Assembly: GCF_009834535.1 (NCBI RefSeq)
Contig: NC_045696.1
Location: 59,150,001 to 59,214,000 of the forward strand
Length of the DNA stretch: 64,000 bases
Reading direction: 5' to 3'
Source of the DNA: Camelus ferus
Lineage: Eukaryota
A model generated the notes under the pieces. It ran no database searches. It was not told the DNA's origin and worked only from the letters and a program-made list of their open reading frames with translations. The position numbers were made by a program, and so were the translations under genes. Position 1 is the first letter of the stretch; each line of letters opens with the position of its first letter. Of the stretch, positions 38,712-53,097 are shown one piece after another.

Positions 38712-40253
38712 GCCAAAGCAATCTCAAGAAAAAAGAATGGAGCTGGAGGTATCACATTTCCTGATTTCAGACTATACTACCAAGCTATCGTAACTGAAAC
38801 AATATGATACTGGCACAAAAACAGGCGCATAAATCAGTGGAACAGAATAGAGAGCCCAGAAATAAACCCACACACTTATGATCAATTTATCTATGACAAA
38901 GGAGGCAAGAATATATAATAGGGAAAAAAAATCTCTTTAATAAGTGGCAGTAGGAAAACTGGACAACTACATGTAAAAGGATGAAATCAGAACATTTTCT
39001 CATACCGTATATAAAAATAAACTCAACATGGATTAAAGACCTAAATATAAGCTCAGAAACTATAAAAATCCTAAAAGAAATCATAAGCAGAACACTCTTT
39101 GAAATAAGTCATAGCAATATTTTTGAGGCTCTGTCTCCTAAAGCAGAGGAAACAAAAGCAAGACTAACAAATGAAACCTAATTAAACGTAAAAGCTTTTG
39201 CACAGCAAGGAAACCATCAACAAAACAAAAAGATAACCTACTGAGTGCAAGAAAATATTTGCAAATGATGTGATTGATAAGGGATTATTGTCCAAAATAT
39301 ATCTACAGCTCATATAATTCAGTACCAAAAAAATAAACAATCTGATTAAAAAGTGGCCAGAAGACCTGAATAGACATTTTTCCAAAGGAAACACACTGAT
39401 GGTCAACAAGCGCATGAAAAGATGCTCAGCATCACTAATCATCAGGGAGATGCAAATCAAACCCACAATGAGACATCACCTCACACCTGTCAAAATGGCC
39501 ATCATCAAAAAGACCACAAATAACAAATGTTGACAAGAATGTGGAGAAAAGGGAACCCTTGCACACTGTTGGGAATGTAAATTGATGTAGCTACTATGGA
39601 AAACAGTGTGGAGATTCCTCAAAAACTAAAAATAGAACTAACAAATGATTCAGCAGTTCCACTCTTGGATATACATCCAAAGAAAACAAAAGCGCAAATT
39701 CAAGAAGATACATACACCCCAGTGTTCTTAGCAGCATTATTTACAATAGCTAAGATAGGAAGCAACCTGAGACCTAAGTGTCCATCAACAGATGAATTAA
39801 TAAAGAAGATGTGATATATATATGGAATACTACTAAACCACAAAAAGAATGAAATTTTGCCATTGCAACAATATGGATGGACCTGGAAGGTATTATGCTT
39901 ATTGAAATAAGTCAGACAGAGAAAACCAAATACTATATGTTGTCATTTATATGTGGTATCTAACAAATAAAATAAGCAAATGTCTATAACAAAACAGAAA
40001 TAGATACAGAGAATAAACTAGTGGCTACTGGTGGGGAGAGGGAAGGGTAGGGGTCAGTATATGGTAGAGGCAGGGAATTAAGAGGTATAAACTACTATGT
40101 ATATAATAAATAAGCTACAAGAAAGTACTGTACAGCACACGGAATATAGCCAATATTTTTTAATAACTCTAGGGCATAATCTATAAATATTTTGAATCAA
40201 CTGTGTGGTATACCTGCAATTAATATAATATTGTAAATCAACTGTACCTAAAA
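38712..40253 (+). mobile_element. 5'-truncated L1 (ORF2 3' part + 3' UTR) nested in the opposite orientation
   Basis: ORF2 remnants; perfect 16-bp TSD AAAGTAATTACTGATA at 38696-38711 and 40254-40269. Confidence 0.93.
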
Positions 40254-41068
40254 AAAGTAATTACTGATAAGGAGGGATTTCTGTTAGTTTGCTATTTGTT
40301 TTTTTCATATGCCTTACAGCTTTTTTGTTTCTCATTCCTGGCATTACTGTCCTCTTTTCTGTTTAGTCAATTTTTTTGTGAAAATGTTTAAATTTTTTCT
40401 CTTTTCCTTCTATGCATCTTCTATAGCTATTTTCTTTGTGGTTACCATGGGGATTACATTTAACATTCTAAAGTTATAACATTATAATTTGAATTTATAC
40501 CAGCTTAACTTCAATAACATAGAAAAACTTCTTTACAACTCCATCCTCACCCCTTTCGGGTGTTGATGTCACAAAATTACATTTTTATAAGTTGGGTGTA
40601 TGAAAACATGAACTGGTAATTCTTTTTAATACATTATGTAGAAAACAAAATGTCAAGTTACAAACCAAAGTTACAGTAATAGTTAGCTGTTAGCCTAATC
40701 ATTTTTTTAAAATGTGTATTAGTCTCTTTGATCATGTAGAAAACAAAAAGTGGAGTTACTGTTTGTTGTTAAAATAATTTAACTTTTATCAGTGCCCATG
40801 TATTTACCTTTATTGAGGGCTTTATATCTTCATTTGGCATTAAGTTATTGTCTAGTGTCCTTTCATTTTGTCCTTGAGCTGTTGAAGGGCAGGTAGTAAC
40901 AAACTCCCTCAGTTTTGGGGTTTATAGTCATGTCTTTCACCAAATTTGGGAGGTTTTCAGCTATTGTTTTAAAAAATATTTTCTGTGCCCCTTTCTCTCT
41001 TCTCCTTCTGGGAGTACCACAATGCATATATTAATCCACTGGGTAGTGTCCCACTGGTCCCAAGTATG

Positions 41069-41124
<56 letters not shown>
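41069..41124 (+). repeat. (TAGA)14 perfect tetranucleotide microsatellite
   Basis: Read directly from the sequence. Confidence 0.97.
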
Positions 41125-42126
41125 GATATAGTTGTTTTTGTTATGTATGTATATAATTGTTGTAAGCTGTCTCAGTGCCAAGGATCAGCCTGAGGTGTAA
41201 ACTTAAGGTCTTCTCAGGTCTTTTTTGAGTTTGTACATTTCTTGGGCATGCATGGTCACGTTCTAATTTTCCCTGTATATACAGTTAATTTTGAATATAC
41301 CAGTCTTTAATGTCTGGCTCTCAAAAGAGGAAAAAGAGAAAAAGGAAGGGAGGAAGAAAGGGTGCCACCCCTTTAAATCCCGTAAGTCACTTCAACCAGA
41401 GGGAGAGGGGCTTGCAGCAGTGATGAGAGGTGCAACAACAATGGCCACCCACCTCTTTGTCAGCACCTTTGTGATCAGAAGCAACAATTAGTGATGAGAG
41501 CACAGACCCAAAATTTGGAGGACAGGGAGCTTTTTGCCTACCCTGGCTCACATAAGCTGTGTGCAAGCTGCGCCTGGAACCTGTGTATGGCTGTCAGTTA
41601 TTGGACTGGGAGTTGGGGATCTGTTGCTGCTACTGTGCTAAGAGCTAAAATTGAAATTACCTGCAATTTACCATTCAAGCCTTCCCCTAGAAATTTCAAC
41701 TTTTCAATAGACTCCAGAGTTCCAGAATGATTACATCCAAAAGATTCTGCCAGTGCAATTGTTATCTAGGTGGGGAAACAGATTCCTGGTGTTTCCTATT
41801 ACAATGTATTTCCAGAATCCTCTCTCTCTCTCTCTCTCTCCTATTACAAATAACGCTGCCATTAGCTGAGATCTGAAGAATGAACTAGATAGATAGAGGA
41901 GAGAAGAATATTCTAAACATGTGGAGACAGCATGGTGACAAGTAAGAGATTTTGTGGCTCAAGTATTGACAGCAGGGATAGAAATATGTATAGGGGTCAG
42001 GCTATGTGGTTCTCAGAGGCCACATTAAGGATTTGGGTTTCCTAAGGGCAATAGGAATGTGTAGAAGTTTAAGATCGGGGCAAGGTGAAATGACTGGTGT
42101 TTCACAAACATCACTGTAGTGCAGCG

Positions 42127-42395
42127 CAGGAGTCCACAGTCTGTAGCCCCTGGCCGAATCCAACCTGCCATCTTTTTTTCCAATAGCTGGGAGAAGTTTT
42201 TACATTTTTAATTGATTTTAAAAATCAAAAGAATAATATTTCATGACATGTGAAATTACATGACAATTATACTTCAGTGTCATAAATAAAACTATTGGGA
42301 CATAGTCACACACATTTCTTATGTTTTATCTGTGGCTGCTTTTGTCTTACAGCTGCAGAATTGAATAGTTGCAACACAGACTCTAGCCTGTAATG
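42127..42395 (+). mobile_element. MER58B-like hAT MITE
   Basis: aaaaatcaaaagaataatatttcatgacatgtgaaattac...ataaataaaactattgg motifs. Confidence 0.75.
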
Positions 42396-44089
42396 CTAGG
42401 AACTCATTTTGGGATATGTTGATTAGGGATGCCTTGGAATCATACAAGAGATGATATCAAGTAGTTTACTGGGTATTTGAGTCTGGAGCTTGGTAAGAGG
42501 TGTGGGGTACAGAAACACATTTCTGAGATATTGTGTTAACTGAAGCATAGACTTCTGAGTTTGCTGTCAGGTTACTTTTGCAAGAAAGCCCTTCTTTCCA
42601 CCACTCCTGCAAACTAGTTAGTGTGTCCCTATGCTATGATGGTACGGCATCATGTTTCACTTATGTGATTAGTTATTTAATGTCTGTCTTCCCAAGTAGA
42701 GTTTAGTCTCTGTAAAAGCAGGGAGCTTATTTTATTCAGTGTAGCATCCCTAATACCTAGCACAATGCCTTGCACATAGTAGGAATTTTTTTAATTTTTG
42801 AATAAATAAATGAACCAACCAGCGTTTTGACTGCTTTGTTGCATTAGGGCTGACAGCCACTTAAATGCTTCAAGACTCAGGATTATCCAGGTCTCAGCTG
42901 TTTGAGCCTGATAGGGAAGTTTAGTTTCCTCTAGTGTTATGGTTAACGGCTCTGTTTCGTCTAGGCAGTGTTTTGTAATCTAGTGCATTGGACCAATGGC
43001 TTTCCCAGTTGGCTTACCCCAGAAGTGTGAAAGTCTCTGTTCATGTTTAACTGTGTTCCAGTTTATAGGAAACCACCAAAGTTGCAGTGTATATGAAAAT
43101 CTAAACTAAAAACACATCTAAGATTTATAGCCAAGAGACAAGACTCACAAAGTTAGAGGCTGTGGACTAGATAATAAATTAAATGTTAGGAACGTGAGTT
43201 CAATTCTGCTTGGAGAGATCTGAGGCCACCCTGTTGCTTTTCCTCAAGCCATTTGGTGACTTCTGGAATTATTTCTAACCCAAGGGTTCTTAACCTTTTG
43301 AGATCTTATACAATTTTGGGAATTTGCTAAACGTTTCATATTTTTTCCTCAGAAAAATGCTGATGTGCACATTTATGAAACATACTTATGTATACAATTT
43401 TATCAGAGACATTCAGGAGCCTCTCCAAGAATATTAGGTTGAGAATCCTATTCTTAACATAATTTAAAACCAGCTTTCTACACTCGAGTGTCCAGCACCC
43501 TCTATTGCAGGGCACTGGTGATCTTGGAAGTTGTTGATTAACTAGGGATAAGGGGGTGCCTGACTGAACAGCATCAAGGAGAGAGAGAGGGCATGGAGCA
43601 CAGAGAAAATGGAGTTGAATCATAATCTTTGCATATCTGACTGAAGCTTTAAATGTATCTGCAGTCTTCACTTTAATCAAAATACTTTAATTTATGAAAG
43701 AAAGAGCCCACTTTTTTCTTTAAAAAAATCCTGGTTTTATTGCTTCCTGAATGTTGTTCTTTTTAAAGGAGAAATACAAACCATATGTTACAGGGTTCTC
43801 AGTTTGACAGCTTAACTGGAGTCATGCTAGGATTCAGATATTTTTGGTCATGATAGGAAGGCCAGTGGGATGGGTCTGACAAGGGTCTATAGGCAGCAAG
43901 GACCAGGAGATCCCCTATGGAATGATCTCATCTGGGGAAGTTGGTTTGGGACAGAGTGTCAGATTTGAGGATCAACTGTGATTTTAGTATGGCACAGTGT
44001 CAGTGGCCTGAAGTCCCTATGGACTTGCCTCACCCAAGGAGAGAAGCAATAGTGATTAAAATGCTAAAAATAATTAAAAATCTCTGTAA

Positions 44090-44560
44090 GGCATTTATAC
44101 AGAGATTGGTGGTGCCCCATCCATATGCCTCCAAAGGTTGCTAATTGTGCACACCTGTGACTTCCTACCTGAGCAGCTTTTCATCTGGAACAAAAGGTAC
44201 AAGCGCAAGTTCATGAGTAAGGCAAGCTGGAAATACCAGCAGGTTGATGCTGCCACTCAGCCAGTGACAGATGGGAACTTGGTGAGGAAGCAGCCCTCAG
44301 CCTGTGATGGATGGAGAGTTTCCTCATCCCTCAGGTTGAGGTCACTCTGAGGCATGTTCTACACTACCTCCCAGAGTCCTCCAGCAGGATTGGGCTCCAG
44401 GGATAACTGGCTTGATAACACACCCTCTGTTGGCTTTCTTCCCTTCACTTATTTCCCTACTCCCTTTCCACTGTTCCTGGGATTGCCTCCAAAATAAACC
44501 ACTTGCACTTAAATACTTATCTCAGCAGTTGTTTCTGGAGGGAAACTCCATACTCAGATG
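44090..44560 (+). mobile_element. LTR16-like ERVL solo LTR
   Basis: ...taactggcttgataac...cctccaaaataaaccacttgcactt...tctcag...ttctggagggaa 3' end. Confidence 0.7.
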
Positions 44561-46547
44561 GGCAGTGTGAATACAAGGCAACATAAGTCTGAAGTGAGAT
44601 AGACCTGGATTCAAATTCCTTCTCACCAATGACAGTGAGCAACTTAATTTCTCTAAGACTGCTTCTTCATCTATAAAATGGGGATAATCATATTGACTTC
44701 ATAAGGTCAGATTGTAAAAAGAAAAATTGAGAATGAATGCAAAGCGATGTGTGTGCATGGTGACATGCACATAGTACTTAATGCTGGCTATTGTCATTAA
44801 TAATAGTATTTATAATCATTGTTAATAACAGCATAGCACAGGTTGAGGGCAAAGCTGTTTTTCACCGTAAGGGTGACAGCTGAAGCAGGCTGATTTGGGA
44901 GATGTGCTGTGGAGGTTGTGTCTCTGAGGAGCATCTGTGGCTTAGCAATATCAATGGCTTAGACGAAGCATCCCCGCAGTGAGACAGAGCAGGAGAGGAG
45001 GAACCTGGTGGACACCAAGTGGTGGCTTAGAAGACCAGCAATTGGCAGTGCCACACTGGTATTGTCAATTGTCATTGGTCTCAACTGATGGCTACAATGC
45101 CATCAATGATTTCACATCTGTGTCCAGGATTCACTTTGATGGCTGGGGTTTCGTTAGCCTCACTCTTGAGGGATTACGCTCAGGGCCACTGAGGTTTAGT
45201 TTCTAATTTCAGTCTGCTTTCTCAACTGTACCAAAGATGTTTTAACTTTTATTGTGCTTATGAACATTTTGTTTTAGGGTCTTTCAAACTCCTCATTCCC
45301 AGGCAAGATCATATTTAAATTCTTTGCTCACAGTGAAAGAGAAATGGAGAGACTGAGGCAGGTTAAAGGAGTTCATTGATTTTCTAACCCTGGTTACTTG
45401 CAGTGCAGGGTTTCATCTTTCAATCTTTTAAACAGTCATGGGTCCCAGAGTGCATGTAAACAATGCGCCGCTTTGGTAAGATGGCAGGCAGCAGGGAGGA
45501 TTAGCAGTTGCTCATCCCCTGCAGGTGTAGCCAGATGACCGTGGTTGGAGAATTTGTTTCAACCCTTTTCATTGTTTCACTCTAGGTCAAAATCAAGGGC
45601 CTGTGGTGATATCCCATTGCAATCTTCTTTTACTTATTTAGACACTAGTCAACAAAATTTCCCCCAATTCAGCAGAGAGAGATACATGTACATCAAAAAG
45701 CAACCTAACATGATTTTTCTACAAAAACAACTTGCAAGAGAGGACAGTATTAAAGATAGAAGGGATCCAGCAACCCGGGCACACCTGGCCTTAAGAACAT
45801 TACCCACACAGCCTGTTAATCTCATCTGCTTCCTAGGAGAAAGAAAAAATCTTCTGGTGACCTTGTCAGAAGGTCTTAAGCTCATGCAGGGGATTTTCCT
45901 AAAAGGGCCCCATAACACCTGGATACGATGTCAGACACCTTAATGTAGACACTTCAAATAATGATGTCTGAAACACTTTACTGGTACCTCTCAGGGCCAC
46001 TTAAAGTGATTTAAATTCATGTCTTATCTTCATGTTAGACTGTGAGCTCCTTGAAGGCAGAATTTAGATTTGATCATTTGTATATGTCCGGTTGCTAGGT
46101 TTAGCAAAAAGAAAAAAGAAACCTAAAAACTTGTTTATCCCAAGTTCAAATTTAACTGAGTGTTCTGTATTTCTGTACTTCATCTGGCCGTCCTATCCCT
46201 GGCATATAGCTAACCTCAATAAACATTGGTTGGTGAGTGAATGAATGAACGACTAGCATAATAGCTACAAATGGAGACATAAACTGGTAAAAACATAGAT
46301 TGACCACTCATGTAAGACATTCCTAACAATCGCACAACATCAAACCTGTGTCTGGATAACACCCTCCCTCTGCAAAGCTGACAGCCTGTCTTTCACCTCA
46401 GCTGCATTTTCTATCCATGCTTCGTCGGCCACTTTACTCCGTGTCCATGTGGGAAGGATACTAATCTTCTGTTAATGTAGGTGTTTTGTTCCAACAGTTT
46501 TACAACTTAGTTCCACATGTTTCTGATTTCATATGTTTGCCTAATTG

Positions 46548-46553
46548 TTTATT
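46548..46553 (-). terminator. ROPN1 polyadenylation signal AATAAA
   Basis: First AATAAA on the minus strand, about 110 nt after the stop codon. Confidence 0.8.
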
Positions 46554-46663
46554 AGTGTGTACCCGTTACACAAGAAAATTGACATTGGATGGTGTATGGG
46601 GTTCAGTCATTCTGAAGCACAATCATCTCTGTATCTTCCTTTAAAATTGCCAAAATTGTGCTT

Positions 46664-46730
46664 TTACTCCAGCCGAACCCTGGGGTTTTGGGTAAAGTCA
46701 TTCACCTTGATTAAACCATCAGGACCAATT
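46664..46730 (-). CDS. ROPN1: ROPN1 last coding exon (IGPDGLIKVNDFTQNPRVRLE*)
   Basis: acag|A ... TAA at 46666-46664, 67 nt. Confidence 0.96.
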
Positions 46731-46904
46731 CTGTTTGGGGAAAAAAAGATATATATTGGGGGGTTAGTTCATTTAACAATTCGTCTTAAGAAAGACACTA
46801 TATAAACAACTCTCTCACTCCAAATTAATTCTTCTGTGGCTCCTGCCCTCATCACTCTTTTTCTCTGACTTCTTGACTGCCTGTTCCTCCTCCTCCCCTC
46901 CTAC

Positions 46905-47078
46905 CACACTGGTCAAACCTGAGCATGGGTCAGAGTCACCTGGAGCGCTTGCTGAGACACACATGCCTGGCCCAGCCTCCAGAGTTTCTGATTTGATGGG
47001 CTCAGGCGGAAGCCTGAGAAGTTACATTTCTGCCTCGTTCCCAGGTGCTGGTCTGGGTAGCACACCAAGAATCACTGT
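46905..47078. mobile_element. MER5A hAT MITE in the last ROPN1 intron
   Basis: tcagagtcacctgga...ccagagtttctgatt...gcctgagaa...aagaatcactg. Confidence 0.8.
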
Positions 47079-47233
47079 CCTCTACCATTCTTTCTCTTCG
47101 GTTTCCCCTTCCCTTTCAGATCTTCATGTTCTTCACAATATTTCTCTGTTCCCAGAGCAGTAAAATACAGTAACCTCAGTATATCTTGGCCTGCTAAATT
47201 TGTGTTCCCCTCCAGTTGGTAAAAGTTTACTCA

Positions 47234-47410
<177 letters not shown>

Positions 47411-48201
47411 CTATAAAGTCATAAGATTGAATGAGGAGAAAGTCACTCTTCCAAATGAAATTCCTAACATCAGTTCAGATACAACAAAGAAAACAAAAAT
47501 TTTCCTCTAGTAAAATGAAGTATTACATCATAAGATATTATACTCGGGAAAGCTTGAATATTTTTGTGCCCAAGTGTCATTTAATTCGATCTCAAAATAT
47601 TGAGTATCTACTGGATGTCTTTCTTTTTCCTTTCCTTTCTTGGTTGGAGGGATACTCTCAAGGAATTAAGTTTATAAACTGTTGAATGCTTTAAGACATT
47701 TATTACTTTAATCAGAATAACCTCACTAAAGGAAAGGAATTTGGTTTTACATTCTACACAATTAGAATTTCTTCTTATTGAGCTCCAGTTTTCTCTCTAA
47801 AGGGCAAGGTGATTGGTCTCGCTTATATACTCTAATGAGACTCTTGGAATAATGCCACAGGAGGGGAGGGGACCACTTTCATTTACTCTCTCTTGGCCTT
47901 TAGAGTCTTCTCCTGCAAGTCGTTGGGAAGCACTGGATGAGGCAGTGTGCCAGGCACTTCCATGGGTGAGGGTGGGAGGCTGGGCACACAGGAGGCTGGT
48001 AAGAGGTTGTCAGTGAGGATGGGAGGGCATGTACATGAGAGGGCAGCATGACAGTGGTTTTGGGTAGGTTTGCAAGCATGTGTGCACTGAACCTCGTAAT
48101 TTCCATCTATAGCTCATCCTCTCTGCTTCTAAAAAACCCCTACTGCCCTGTTGCCTTTGTTCTGTGGTCCTCTTCCTACAGTCTCATCCATACAGGGGTG
48201 C

Positions 48202-48590
48202 TGTTATGGGCTGAATTATGTCCGCTCAAAATTCATATGTTGAAGCCCATTCCCTAAAGCCTCAGAATGTGATGGTATTTGGAAATGAGGCCTTTAAAGA
48301 GCTAATTAAGTTAAAATAAAGTCATTAGAGTGAGCCCTAATCCAATAGATCTGGTGTCCTTATAAGAAGAGATTAAGATATGAGAGAGAGACAGACAGAA
48401 AGATACCAGACACATGGGGACAACCATATGAAGAAAGAGGGAGATGACAGCCATTTACCAGCCAATGAGGGAGGCCTCAGACACACTGAGCTCAGATTTT
48501 CAGCCTCCGAAACTGTGAGAAGACAAATTGCTGTGGTTGAAGCCACCCAGTCTGTGGTACTTGTTATGGTACCCCTAGCAAACCAATAAA
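48202..48590 (+). mobile_element. MLT1B-like MaLR solo LTR
   Basis: tgttatgggctgaatt...aaattcatatgttgaag...ccctagcaaaccaataaa; perfect 5-bp TSD GGTGC at 48197-48201 and 48591-48595. Confidence 0.88.
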
Positions 48591-51455
48591 GGTGCTTTCT
48601 ACCTCAAATATTTTTTATTGATCATTCAAATAACAAACCTTCAGATTCTATTGCCCTCATAAGGTTTTTAAATGTTTTAAAAGATTTAATAAACGGATGA
48701 ATTGGATGAGAATTCTCCAGAGTGGAGCTTTTTGATAAACTTAAATAAATCTAAAGTAAACAGAGGATCTGCATTCTGCTACACAAGATTTTTTGGTCAG
48801 CTGGGAATCCACTCCATAGAGATAGCCTTTAAGCATCTTACAAGCCTCATTTTCAAACTCAGAGGTGAAAGGCTTAGAAAGTGAACTATCTGCTAACAAA
48901 ATATGCCCTTCCTTCTCGTGAGCACAATTACACGATCTCTTCTGTATATAATTGGTCTCGGTGGAACAGGAGGTGGAGTAGTCATGCTAGAGGAGGGAGG
49001 GCTGAAAGGGAAGAGGACACAGGTCTGCGTGCTGTAGCATTTTGAATCACGTGGGTAGATTCAAAGAGCACAAAGTGGAGTAAATACACCTGCTTCCTAA
49101 AATTCCTGCCTTAGATTCTTCTATAAGGAGGGGACTGGATTTTCTAAATGGCACAGAGCTTATGGCTGGCTGGTGAGTTGACAAAGCAAGTTGGGGATTT
49201 CGGGGCTTGCTTTCAGGATATGTGGATTAACAGGAATGTAACCTCCTCCAGATGGTGACACCCTGACCACCCCCACATTTAAGTTCCCAGCAATAGTCCA
49301 ACCAGAAGCAAATAGATACAACAGGATGGTTCCTGGATTCACAGAGCACCCTTTGTTTGTGGACTAGACCTTCAGGCTGACTTCACCTCGGTGTTCTTTG
49401 ACATAGGGATGACAAGGGGCAGAATCAGACACCTCTCAGAATTGGCAGGGTCCACTGTTACCCAGAGTCAGGCCTGAGGGTGTCTCAGTGGAAGCAGAGA
49501 AGGTGAAATGGAATGTTAGAATGTTTCAAGATCAAAAGGCCTCATGGACCATCTAATCCAACCTCCTGAAGCAGGGAGGTAGAAAGATAGAATTCACCTC
49601 ATGGTTTCCCCTCCCCAATTTGGGTGGCAGCTGTAGCAAAGTAAACCTAGCAGCTGCGGAAGGAGGGTTGGAATTTGGTTTTCCGAAGTCACTTTGGTTA
49701 CAGGGAGGTATGTGGACAAGGAGAGGACTCAGACATCTCCAATGTGCTGAGGGGCTGTGACGCAGAGCACCAAAGGCAGGGAGCAGGTGAGGGCCACCTG
49801 GGAGAGACTTAAGGAGGCCCCGAACACCAGTGAGAACAGAGGTGAGCTGGTGAGGGACTCTCGTGCTGTGAAAGGGAAGAAACCAAAGGCTTAAGCTGCA
49901 CAGCTGGCGACCACACAGATGAGTGTTTCCATGGAGAGCGGAAGTGCTGGGAAGGATCAGGGATGTTGGAAACCCTCCCCTCAGCTGCTCTGCAGTCCCA
50001 GCACCACCCCGCCTTGTACACTCAGCCACCACCTTGAAGAGAGGAGTGGTGAGGAGAAATCTGAGAGACTGAGCAGTTTACCTTAAAACTGTTTTCAGTT
50101 ACTTCAGCAGATGGAAATTCCTGGGTTGGGTTGGATCTACTTATTTTCTTACACCACCCTTCATGGGTAGGGTAGATTGGGAAGATCAGAATTAACTACA
50201 GAGAAAGTACATCCCTCACTACCCCCTGAATGTCTCTGAACGTGGTGTGAATACACTTGTGATCCTATGAGAATGTAATGAAGTATGTCGATTTTTTGTT
50301 TTCCCTCTGTGATTTTTCCCAAACATTGGGGCTATTTCCACAGAGGTGTAATAGTGCTGATTGGCAACTCATCTGCCTCTGCTGCAGAGAGTAATTTATT
50401 CATTATATGATAGTGCTAGAAAGGACAGCAGAGAAGGGAAAACCCCATGAATGGCCTCTCCTCCTCCTCTCTAAAGAAATCATCGCAGTGAGAGTTGAGC
50501 AGAATCCATGGGAAAAGCTGGACTACAATATTCCTGGTAACCTTTCTCATGAACCAAAGTGTCAAATATGCATTCCCAAGATACTGGAGAAGAAAGAACA
50601 AGATTGTGTTTAGATCTACTGAGTGATTCAAACTACCTTTTCCGTACCATTTAGTTTTGACAGAGGTAATCATTTTCTCATTAACTTTTAAACGTGTATG
50701 TACTTCAGAGATTTTTAAAAAATCATTTTTTGATTCCTTTTCATTTAAGTTATTATAACTGTTTAATAAGAGTGAGTCCACATATAAGATGATACCTTTT
50801 AAATATGCATGTGTACTGGTTGCAGTATCTTTTTCTTTCTGCAGTATCTTTTAAAGAAAACAGGAAAATGGCTTTTCCAATTGTAAATCACGTCAAATTT
50901 GGAAAAGGCATGAATTTGTATGAGCATTCTGCATCCCTAGTGATGTCATGACTCTGAGTCTGGAAATAGCTTCCTCCTTTCCTGCTCTCTTATCTCTGAT
51001 TCTTGTATCCAGTTATGCTTATCAAATAGTAGTTTTCTATAAGGATGAAAATCTTCTTCAGAGTCTCTATTGACATATCTTTTAGGTGTCTGGAACCCGA
51101 GTCTAAGTCAGTCTTCTTCTACAGCTGGCTCCTAGTGATCTTTAGGAATATGAATGGAGGAAGCAGAGTGGTGATGGAAATAAATCTGAGTGCAATGGCT
51201 GAAATTCATAAATAATCCAAAAGCTGCATTTTAGTCAACCTCTCCCCAGAGTTTGATGACAGTTTTCCCCTCTCTCCTCCTAATTCCTGCTTCTGGCTGA
51301 TGAGCAGAGAAACGACCTTAATTCAGAGAGGTGAGGAAGTCAACAAGAGGAGGTGGGCTCCCCATCAGCCCCGCAGAGTTGACTGTGGGAAGAGATAGAT
51401 GTACTGCCCTTCCAGGCCCCGAGAGATTTCCCCTTAACACAAAGCATTAGAGCTA

Positions 51456-51851
<396 letters not shown>

Positions 51852-52782
51852 TCAGAGTTATGGGGAATACATACATGTATATTACATTTTAATTTTTTTC
51901 TGATGCTTTTATTATATGCTGTTTAACCCTAGGTTGTCCCTAGAAGGCAAATAGGACAGCCTAAAAATGAAGCCAAAGGGCAGAGGACTTGTCTGACCAC
52001 GAGTTAGTGGTGAAACTAGAGCTAGATGTTAAATTTCTTCATCTAGACTCCACTGAGTTCTTTGCTCTAGACCTCACATGCATCCCTCCTGCTTTCCCAG
52101 GAATTATATGGGGTCTATACTCAGGATGCCTAAAGTTGCTTGGTCCCAGGTATCTCGGATATCTGCCATGTCCACTGCACAAGGTGCTGGTGGTCAAAAG
52201 GAGAAGGGCACTAACGGCCAGCTGTTGGCCAGAAAGCCGTAAGTGCCACACCTTCCCTGGTCCTCTTGATTCCCGTGAAGTGCTGAGCCTCCAGGACCAA
52301 GGCAGTTAGTTGTCTGAGTCAGTCCTAAATCACCCCCAAACCCCTTGGTCCTGGAACCTAAAATCGGGTATGGTTGTGCTAAGCCATATTTCTTGGGATT
52401 TGGCTAAACTGCAAGCTTTCTCAAGACAGACCCTCCTCATCCATTTGTGGGGCAGCTCCCAGGATGATGTGGCTGTGGAGAGAACCAGAATTTTGCCTAA
52501 AAGCTAGGCTGTGTCTGCACCTAGGATGACTGTGGAACTACAATATGCTCCTCCCCAAACTGTGATGGGCATCATATATGGTCCTGATGAGTAAGGGTGA
52601 CACTAGCCAGGGATGTGGACCTGCACTTTCTGAAGAGAAGGGACTCACATTGCCTTGAACCCCTGGACACTCTGCCAGCTTCAGGGCAACCTGGAATGAC
52701 TCGACTGACAACTCAGCTTACAGCCTATTTCACCATCATTCCTGTTTCCCCAAGGGAAGATTTCCTCTCGGTGCTTGGTTTA

Positions 52783-53097
<315 letters not shown>

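Larger units (their letters stand above)
35960..41820 (-). mobile_element. Large old L1M (ORF2 and upstream regions) with several nested insertions
   Basis: ORF2 remnant [13 protein letters not shown]...LPRLSHEEVENLNRPVT at 37244-37447; long T-rich antisense L1 texture; right boundary approximate. Confidence 0.8.

Noticed and set aside
44880..45250. Unique-looking intergenic block as a possible exon or pseudogene
   Set aside because: The minus-strand frames I read hit stops and I recognise no homology; a regulatory role cannot be assessed from sequence alone.
49553..50032. 159-aa minus-strand ORF in a ROPN1 intron
   Set aside because: Non-ATG start, no recognisable homology or clear splice signals; consistent with a chance ORF in GC-richer DNA.
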